From NCBI GenBank assembly GCA_963682135.1, contig OY821645.1, positions 352,001 through 416,000 of the forward strand: a stretch of DNA of 64,000 nt, in the 5' to 3' direction. The notes under the pieces are model-generated. The model had not been told where the DNA came from and ran no database searches. It saw only the letters and a list, made by a program, of their open reading frames with translations. A program made the position numbers and the translations under genes. Shown here in pieces: positions 8,081 through 17,708 of the stretch. The stretch is from Methanothrix sp. Lineage in GTDB: Archaea > Halobacteriota > Methanosarcinia > Methanotrichales > Methanotrichaceae. Positions within the stretch are counted from its first letter, which is position 1; every line of letters begins with the position of its first letter.

Positions 8081-10928
8081 TTATGGGGGGAATTTCCCAT
8101 ATTACTATCTGCATTTGATCCACGGATTGGTCAGAGCATCCGGTTGCTGTCAATGTGATTGTGACTGAACCTGCAACTTTATCTGCTGCGCTCGGTATGT
8201 AGTAAGCTGTTGTGAGAGATGTGGGGTTTGAAATGGTACCTTCTGTCCCTGATGATGTCCAAAGATAAGTGGCAGCCCCACCAGAATTGGTGCCAATTAG
8301 AGGCACCTTTTCTACATTATCGCAGACGTCCTGATCGGACCCGGCTGATACTATCGGGCTGCCCAGGATCGATACTTGTTTGCTGCATAGAGGAGTGGTG
8401 CATCCTGCTGGCGTGGTTAACGTCACTTTGATGAAAGCTGTGCCTGCTGTGCCTGCCGTCCAGGTGATGCTGTTCGTGTAAGGCGGTGAAGATGTTATCG
8501 TTCCTCCTGTGATCGTCCAGGCATAGGTCGCCCCGGCCCCGGCGTTGGCAACTGAAGCCGTGTTGCTTGTCGATCCCGCGCAGATCGAAGAATCTGCATT
8601 TATGGTGCAGTCCGGTAGAGGATTGATCGTAACCTCCTTGCTGCATTGAGGAACGGTGCATCCAGCCGTCGTGGTCACTGTAACTTTGATGGAAGCTGTG
8701 CCTGCTGAGCCTGCCGTCCAGGTGATGCTGTTCGTGTAAGGCGGTGAAGATGTTATCGTTCCTCCAGTGATCGTCCAGGCATAGGTCGCCCCGGCCCCGG
8801 CGTTGGCAACTGAAGCCGTGTTGCTCGTCGATCCCGCGCAGACCGAAGAATCTGCATTTATGGTGCAGTCCGGCAGAGGATCGATCGTAACCTCCTTGCT
8901 GCATTGAGGAACAGTGCATCCTGCTGGCGTGGTTACCGTCACTTTGATGGAAGCTGTGCCAGCTGTGCCTGCCGTCCAGGTGATGCTGTTCGTGTAAGGC
9001 GGCGAAGATGTTATCGCTCCTCCTATGATCGTCCAGACATAGGTCGCCCCGGCACCGGCGTTCGTGACAGACGCTGTATTTCCAGTTGATCCAGCGCAGA
9101 CGAAACTAGGTGAAGTTATGGTACAGTCCGGCAGAGGATTGATCCTAATCTCATTGCTACAGGCTTTTGAACAATGAGCATCATTTACCGTCACTCTAAT
9201 GAAAGCTGTACCAGTCGAGCCTGCCGTCCAGGTAATGCTGTTCGTATAAGGTGGCGAAGAGGTTATTGTTCCTCCTGTGATCGTCCAGGCATAGGTCGCC
9301 CCGGTTCCTGCGTTCGTGACAGACGCTGTATTTCCCATCGATCCAGCGCAGACGAAACTTGGAGATGTTATGGTGCAGTCCGGCAGAGGATTGATCGTAA
9401 CCTCCTTGCTGCATTGAGGAACAGTGCATCCTGCTGGCGTGGTTACCGCCACTTTGATGGAAGCCGTGCCTGCTGAGCCTGCTGTCCAGGTGATGCTGTT
9501 CGTATAGGGTGACTGAGAGGTTATCGTTCCCCCAGTGATCGTCCAAGCATAGGTCGCCCCGGCCCCGGCGTTGGCAACTGAAGCCGTGTTGCTCGTCGAT
9601 CCCGCGCAGACCGAAGAATCTGCATTTATGGTGCAGTCCGGCAGAGGATCGATCGTAACCTCCTTGCTGCATTGAGGAACAGTGCATCCTGCTGGCGTGG
9701 TTACCGTCACTTTGATGGAAGCTGTGCCAGCTGTGCCTGCCGTCCAGGTGATGCTGTTCGTGTAAGGCGGCGAAGATGTTATCGCTCCTCCTGTGATCGT
9801 CCAGACATAGGTCGCCCCGGCCCCGGCGTTGGCAACTGAAGCCGTGTTGCTCGTCGATCCCGCGCAGACCGAAGAAGCTGCATTTACAGTGCAGTCTGGC
9901 AGAGGATTGATCGTAATCTCCTTGCTGCAGGCTTTTGAACAATGAGCATCATTTACCGTCACTATGATGGAAGCTGTGCCTGCCGAGCCTGCCGTCCAGG
10001 TGATGCTATTCGTATAGGGCGACTGAGAGGTTATCGTTCCTCCCGTGATCGTCCAAGCATAGGTCGCTCCGGTCCCTGCGTTAGGAACTGAAGCCGTATT
10101 GCCCGTTGATCCTGCGCAGACGGAACTGGTTGACGTGATGGTGCAATCCGGCAATGGGTAGACGATTACATCATAAATCCTCTGGGATGAATGGAGCAGA
10201 CTATCTGTAACGATTAGTTTAACTGAATATGTCCCTGCAGATGCATATGTGTGAGTTGGATCTTTTGCAGTGCTTGAGCTGCCGTCTCCAAAAGTCCAGG
10301 CATAGCCATAAGGTGCAACTCCGCCGGTAGTTTTGTCTGTGAAGGAAGTCGAAGTGCCAAGGCAGGCCTTCGTAAAGATAAAATCTGCTATTAGCGGGGG
10401 TGGGACATTGATCGTAGATCCTGAATAATAGCACTTGGCAGGGATATAGTCGGCACATCTGTCATATGCGCATGCTCCTGAATCGGTATTCCAGGCTGCA
10501 TAAATATCCTTTACCTCCAGCGATTGCCCACAGATGTAACTAACTTGAGATATTTGCAGCTCGAAATCGCTGGTGGGCAACTCTCCAATATGATTTTCGA
10601 TCAGTCTCCAGCTTCCATCTAGGTTTTTAACTTGTATTGCGGTATGTGCGCAATGTCTGGCACTGCTCGATGATACGTGGAATTTTGCCCAGAGGGTCGC
10701 AGTTGCTGCAGTTCCTGGTGTACACGTACTGTCTGATGTCAGCCATACATTTGTAATAGCGACATCATTCGCGGTACAACCACTGCAACAATAGGGCCAG
10801 GTTCCGCTGCAAGCCCCGTGAACAAGAGGTATTTGCACGATAGATATTATAAATATAGTAATTATAAAATTCAATTTCATAATAAATCCCTCGTCATACC
10901 AAATTGCCAGGCCTTTGTAAGGTAACAA
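8058..10928 (-). CDS. Secreted protein: Cys-rich N-terminal domain, PKD domain, 7 Cys-containing Ig-like repeats, terminal PKD-like domain
   Basis: Signal peptide MKLNFIITIFIISIVQIPLVHG (likely start 10880). PKD motif FTDKTTGG..YAWTFGDGSSST.KDPTHTY. Seven PLPDCT...VCAGS...TYAWTITGG repeats. Confidence 0.88.
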   Translation of the reverse strand: MLPYKGLAIWYDEGFIMKLNFIITIFIISIVQIPLVHGACSGTWPYCCSGCTANDVAITNVWLTSDSTCTPGTAATATLWAKFHVSSSSARHCAHTAIQVKNLDGSWRLIENHIGELPTSDFELQISQVSYICGQSLEVKDIYAAWNTDSGACAYDRCADYIPAKCYYSGSTINVPPPLIADFIFTKACLGTSTSFTDKTTGGVAPYGYAWTFGDGSSSTAKDPTHTYASAGTYSVKLIVTDSLLHSSQRIYDVIVYPLPDCTITSTSSVCAGSTGNTASVPNAGTGATYAWTITGGTITSQSPYTNSITWTAGSAGTASIIVTVNDAHCSKACSKEITINPLPDCTVNAASSVCAGSTSNTASVANAGAGATYVWTITGGAITSSPPYTNSITWTAGTAGTASIKVTVTTPAGCTVPQCSKEVTIDPLPDCTINADSSVCAGSTSNTASVANAGAGATYAWTITGGTITSQSPYTNSITWTAGSAGTASIKVAVTTPAGCTVPQCSKEVTINPLPDCTITSPSFVCAGSMGNTASVTNAGTGATYAWTITGGTITSSPPYTNSITWTAGSTGTAFIRVTVNDAHCSKACSNEIRINPLPDCTITSPSFVCAGSTGNTASVTNAGAGATYVWTIIGGAITSSPPYTNSITWTAGTAGTASIKVTVTTPAGCTVPQCSKEVTIDPLPDCTINADSSVCAGSTSNTASVANAGAGATYAWTITGGTITSSPPYTNSITWTAGSAGTASIKVTVTTTAGCTVPQCSKEVTINPLPDCTINADSSICAGSTSNTASVANAGAGATYAWTITGGTITSSPPYTNSITWTAGTAGTAFIKVTLTTPAGCTTPLCSKQVSILGSPIVSAGSDQDVCDNVEKVPLIGTNSGGAATYLWTSSGTEGTISNPTSLTTAYYIPSAADKVAGSVTITLTATGCSDQSVDQMQIVIWEIPPINVEALIG
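8370..10160 (-). repeat. Seven tandem ~252-258-bp repeats encoding 4-Cys Ig-like domains
   Basis: Repeated near-identical DNA (gccgtccaggtgatgctgttcgt..., gatcgtccaggcataggtcgccccgg...). Two end variants, DAHCSKAC and PAGCTVPQC. Confidence 0.9.
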
Positions 10929-11081
10929 GGTTTTTGAGCGGTAAAAAGACTAATGCTAGGAACATATTCTTCGGGCATGGTTCTATTTCCCTCTTTCTGA
11001 TCTCATAGATGTGCGAAACATTATATTTTGAATTAAATAATTATTATATATTCTATCCTATGTTCCGGTCTAAATTACCAT

Positions 11082-11124
11082 TATCGAAAAAATGTCAAGG
11101 CATTGCTTAAATGCAGTGCCTTGA
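11082..11124 (-). terminator. Hairpin followed by a T-tract downstream of the 237-aa gene
   Basis: tcaaggcattgc (11095-11106) and gcagtgccttga (11113-11124) form a 12-bp inverted repeat with one mismatch, followed on the minus strand by TTTTTT. Confidence 0.6.
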
Positions 11125-11135
11125 AGCAGTCTTTT

Positions 11136-11849
11136 CTAGGTAATAGCCGAAGCCATGGTTGCCGTCGGATTGTAATATAGTGTAACTAATTGGCTGCACC
11201 ACTTTAGTATCGTGTCCGGACCACCCTGGCCATCCGCATCCTGCCTTACTACGAATGTCACATAAGTTGTCTTAGATGGGGTACCAGCATCAGGCACATT
11301 GAATCCCGTCCAGAGAGGCGATGGGGTATAGGTCTTTGAGTCAGCTACTATGACGCTGCCCCAGGTGCTCATATCCGTTTTGATTGGTATGGTGGCCACA
11401 TTGGTCTGGAGATACCACTCATAGAACAATGAATCTGGTGCGCTTTCGCAGACGTATGCCCATGTTGTTGCGTCAGCTATACAGGTTTCAGGAATCGATG
11501 GACAGGCAGTGCATAAGCCGCTGCACGTCAATACTATGTCGCAGATGGATTTACATGTGATTGGCGAACCTGTGGGGTTCATCATCAGAGTTACCGTCCA
11601 AGGACCGCCGCAAGCAGGGACATTGAACTCCATTATATTAGCTCCATCTGCGCTTTGCCCAGTAAGAGCCGAAGGTACAGTCCAGTCGTAGGTATATCCC
11701 GCACCTGATGGAGACGCCGTTAATTTGACATGCGATCCTTCTGTGACTGTTAAAGATAGACATGGTGCAGGCAGAGTAGCTGATACAGGAAATACAATTG
11801 CTGCTAGCAGGACTGCAAACGCAATCGTGATATAATTACTAGATTTCAT
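11136..11849 (-). CDS. Secreted Cys-rich two-domain Ig-like protein (candidate major filament subunit)
   Basis: Signal peptide ending VSA, GGAGG RBS. First domain aligns by eye with the N-terminal domain of the 2284-aa protein. The function is inferred. Confidence 0.8.
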   Translation of the reverse strand: MKSSNYITIAFAVLLAAIVFPVSATLPAPCLSLTVTEGSHVKLTASPSGAGYTYDWTVPSALTGQSADGANIMEFNVPACGGPWTVTLMMNPTGSPITCKSICDIVLTCSGLCTACPSIPETCIADATTWAYVCESAPDSLFYEWYLQTNVATIPIKTDMSTWGSVIVADSKTYTPSPLWTGFNVPDAGTPSKTTYVTFVVRQDADGQGGPDTILKWCSQLVTLYYNPTATMASAIT

Positions 11850-12408
11850 CGTTGTTTTCCCTCCATTTATCTTACAGGTCGCAGGCTACTGGAAACGATC
11901 CGCAAATCAACCCATGATATCACATCGAAGAATGAATACTTGAGTCAATTGATCGCATCTCTTTTTTCTCAGATAACCGCCATTTTTTTAGCTTCACATC
12001 TAACTTAGTACAATCTCATAATAACTACTTAAGTCTTTCTTTGGATCGTATTAGATCTGGATCGTAGAAAAAATTTGTATATTCCAAAAACCATAATCTG
12101 TAGTTCGGTTAAAATATCGAAAAGACTAAAATAAATTTATTACTTACAAAAAATTAATGATAACATCTAGAAATAAACTAAAATTGTTAAAGCAAGATAA
12201 GCAAGTACAATAGATCAGCGATATGTTTGCTGGTTAATTGTCTGGCTTTGAGGAATACGAATTAGATCATATTGGCATTCAGGGAACCTTCAGCACTAAA
12301 CAAGTTAATTGACTGATAGAAATTTTTATTAACTAGTAAGTAGGCCTATATTCTAGTTTGGATTTAAGAGTGCTCTCTTGCATATCTAATTGAGCAGGGT
12401 GACAAGTT

Positions 12409-13443
12409 ATGAGATATTTGATCCTATGGAGTTTATTGGCATTATTATTAGTAACGATAATGCCAGGGGCATCTCAACTTTCAGATAAGCCAACAATAAT
12501 AAATTTGATGATTGATGCTCAAATGCCATCATCGCCGACAGAGGAGCAGGCATCAATAGCTGAAAAAGACCTCGAGAATATATATAACCAAATTAATGAT
12601 AGAGGTCTGATCGCAACCATCTTCTCAACACAAGATATCCTTAGGACTGATCTCAACCTGGACCTCACACGCATAGGTTATCTATCCAAATTTGAGCTGG
12701 GTATGTCGGGAAATAATTCTAATGAAAAGATAAGCATTATGTCTTATGCCGATCAGATTGCTTCATTGAAGATATCAAAACGCTGGGTAGAAAGCTGCAT
12801 GATTTGCGGCAAAAATAATGTAACTGTGTATGGTTTTATGCCCCAATCCTTCGATCAGAACCAGGATACATACAGGGTTCTCGACGAATTGGGCATCCTG
12901 TATGATGTCGGTTTCCAGGCCGGGCTTTTATACACACCAGGACATGAGAACGACGTCTGGCCATATCTGGTAGCTGGCCACAAATTCTATGCTGTGCCGG
13001 TAAGCACTTACACTCTCTCAGACAAAAAGATGGTCCTGCAGGACAGCTACTTTGTGGTTAACGACATGGACGCCACTCAATGGTACGACGCGCTGGTTGG
13101 AAAGTTGGACGAAATTCAGGGTAAGGATGAGCCTATGGTGGTCAGCCTGTCGACGTCCGTTTCCGGCTCGGGAGACTATCTGAATTCGTTGGAACGTTTC
13201 ATGGATTACTCTATCTCTAAGAAGGCAAGTTTTGTAACCACTGCGGATCTTGTGTCTTTGGCTAAAACCAGCTCGCATGATGCATCATCGTTACCATCTA
13301 ACGTAACTAGCGAGTGTCCGACCTGCGACCAGAATAACAACCTCATCAACATAACGGCATTTGTGTCCATCAACGAATCCATTCAAGTAGCCAACAATAC
13401 AACAACCGTTATAACTCCAGAGAGTGTAGTGACCGCTAAATGA
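12409..13443 (+). CDS. Secreted polysaccharide-deacetylase-like (NodB/CE4-fold) protein, probably divergent
   Basis: Signal peptide. INLMIDAQ, ATIF, ELGMSG, YGFMPQSF..N...YRVLDELGILYD and YAVPVS segments follow the CE4 barrel order, but the canonical His motif is absent. Confidence 0.65.
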   Translation: MRYLILWSLLALLLVTIMPGASQLSDKPTIINLMIDAQMPSSPTEEQASIAEKDLENIYNQINDRGLIATIFSTQDILRTDLNLDLTRIGYLSKFELGMSGNNSNEKISIMSYADQIASLKISKRWVESCMICGKNNVTVYGFMPQSFDQNQDTYRVLDELGILYDVGFQAGLLYTPGHENDVWPYLVAGHKFYAVPVSTYTLSDKKMVLQDSYFVVNDMDATQWYDALVGKLDEIQGKDEPMVVSLSTSVSGSGDYLNSLERFMDYSISKKASFVTTADLVSLAKTSSHDASSLPSNVTSECPTCDQNNNLINITAFVSINESIQVANNTTTVITPESVVTAK

Positions 13444-13671
13444 GGACAAAGGATCAATATTCACTGCATTTCCTGCGGTGTTGCTTTTTTTAAATTTTTT
13501 TTTCTCACTGATTTCATGAATGCACGGAAATGGCAATCCACATGCTGACTCATATATCCATCTATCTTTCAGCGAAGTTATAAATAACTCCCATGTAGTT
13601 TAACTTATAAATGGACCGCCAGGGATTTTATGAAGGAAATGCAGGTAAATGGATAGCGAGGGCACACACAT

Positions 13672-14954
13672 ATGCTCACTGAAATCCTGATCATTTTTCT
13701 TCTGTTCCTGGCCACGGGTGCGTTTTCCATGGCCGAGATGGCTGTGGTCTCCTCCAGCAAGGCCCGGCTCAAGGCCAGGGCGGAAGAGGGTCATGCAGGT
13801 GCAAAGGCGGCCCTGCAGCTGGCTGAAAATCCCAATCGTCTCTTCTCAGCCGTGCAGACCGGCATTACTCTCATCACTACCTTGACAGGAGCCTATGGAG
13901 GCGCAACAATCGCTGATGAGCTGGCGTCTTACATCAGCACTATTCCCGCACTCTCTCCTTACAGCAGCGGCCTGGCCCTGGTTGCCGTCGTCCTGATGAT
14001 CACATTTTTCAGTCTGGTCATTGGTGAGCTGGTTCCTAAGAGAATCGCGCTCAGCAATTCGGAGCGCTTCGCCTCTCTTGCAGCCGCTCCATTGGCAGCA
14101 TTCTCCCGTCTTGTCTCTCCTGCGGTTATCTTGCTAAGCTTTTGCACCGATCTGGTGCTGAGGGTTCTGGGTGTGAAGGCCTATACCGAGCCTGCCGTAA
14201 CTGAGGAGGAGATTCGTATCCTCATCGACCAGGGAACGACGGCAGGTGTGATCGAGGAGGAGGAGCAGGATATTATGGAGAGGGTCTTCTCCCTGGGAGA
14301 TCGGAGAGTAAACTCTATCATGACTCCCAGAGGCGATATTGTGTGGCTGGACATCAACGATCCCGGAGCAGAGATTTGTAGAAAGATTGCAGGTGGAGCA
14401 TACTCCATGTATCCGGTCTGCAACAGGAAGCTTGACAATGTTCAGGGAGTAGTTCAATCCAAGGACCTGCTAAGCTGCAACCTGTCCAACGAAAAGGTTG
14501 ACCTCAAGGCATCCCTCCTGCCGCCGCTCTTTGTACCGGAGAGCATGAGAGCTCTGAAGGTGCTGGAGAAGTTCAAGCAGACAGGAATTCATCTGGCCAT
14601 TGTCCTGGATGAATACGGGTCGGTGCAGGGAATAGTGGCCCTGGTAGATCTCCTGGAAGGACTGGTAGGAGACATACCGCACATTGATGAGCTGGCGGAA
14701 CCGCAAGTAGTGAAGAGGCAGGACGGCTCCTGGCTGGTGGACGGGTCTCTGCCGGTGGATGACTTCAAAGAGTTGGTCGATCCGGAAGGGCTGCCTGAGG
14801 AGGAAGAAAGTCAATACATAACTTTGGGCGGATTTGTGATGACGCATTTGGAGAAGATACCTGCGACAGGAGATCACTTCGAGTGGGGAGGCTACCGTTT
14901 TGAGGTTGTGGACATGGATGAGAGGAAAGTGGACAAGATTCTGGTAACATCCAT

Positions 14955-14958
<4 letters not shown>
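13672..14958 (+). CDS. Hemolysin-family CNNM(DUF21)-CBS-CBS-CorC/HlyC membrane protein
   Basis: FSMAEMAVVS, VQTGIT, GELVPKRIA, MTPR, HLAIVLDEYGSVQGIV, and C-terminal TLGGFVM...GDHFEWGGYRFEV. Confidence 0.93.
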
Positions 14959-16940
<1,982 letters not shown>

Positions 16941-16950
16941 GGAGGAATAA

Positions 16951-17610
16951 ATGAGAGGCGTTTTAATTCTTTCCGGTGGGGTGGATTCTACCACATTGCT
17001 CTACAAGATGTTATCAGACGGCTACGAGGTGACGGCTCTCACCTTCAACTACGCCCAGAGGCATAAGAAGGAGATAGACTGTGCCAAAGCGATTGCAGAA
17101 AGGCTGGGTGTCGTTCACCGCATTGTTGATCTCAGAACGCTTGCCTCTCTCTTAGGCGACAGTGCTCTGCTGGGGGGAAAAGAGGTGCCCAGCTGCCACT
17201 ATACCGAGGAGGCTGCCAAGAAGACGGTGGTGCCCAATCGCAATATGATCATGCTCTCTGTGGCGGCAGGCTACGCCGAGGCTCATGAGATTCCTGAGGT
17301 CTTTTATGCGGCTCACAAAAATGACAGCACTATTTATCCCGACTGCCGGCCGGAATTTGTCCAGGCGCTGCGTCCTGCCATCCGCCTGGCTACCGCCTGG
17401 CATCCCGTAGAGCTGCAGGCTCCGCTTGTGGATATGAGCAAGGCGGAGATCGTGAGGATGGGCCTTGCCTTAGGGGTGCCCTACGAGCTAACCTGGTCCT
17501 GCTACCGTGGGGAGGAGCGTCCCTGCCGGACCTGTCCCACCTGCATCGAGAGGGAGGAAGCGTTTGCCTTGAACGGAAGGCGGGATCCGCTGGTGGAAGG
17601 AGAGGATTAA
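16951..17610 (+). CDS. queC: 7-cyano-7-deazaguanine synthase
   Basis: SGGVDST, VPNRN, YPDCR and the C-terminal Zn motif SCY...CRTCPTC. Confidence 0.95.
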   Translation: MRGVLILSGGVDSTTLLYKMLSDGYEVTALTFNYAQRHKKEIDCAKAIAERLGVVHRIVDLRTLASLLGDSALLGGKEVPSCHYTEEAAKKTVVPNRNMIMLSVAAGYAEAHEIPEVFYAAHKNDSTIYPDCRPEFVQALRPAIRLATAWHPVELQAPLVDMSKAEIVRMGLALGVPYELTWSCYRGEERPCRTCPTCIEREEAFALNGRRDPLVEGED

Positions 17611-17708
17611 TGGGCTGTTTATTGTCTATCGATTGCTGAACAATCGGTAGACTTTAATCCAATAACCGCCAAAAGCTCTATTTCTCATCCTCGCAATCTC
17701 TCTCCCAA

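Noticed and set aside
5170-10160. Regularly spaced repeats as a possible CRISPR array or non-coding repeat element
   Set aside because: Periods are ~252-303 bp and multiples of three, lie inside open frames, have no unique spacers, and no cas genes are present.
1226-11849. Multiheme cytochrome or nanowire interpretation of the Cys-rich proteins
   Set aside because: The CxxC motifs are not followed by His, so there is no CxxCH heme-binding signature.
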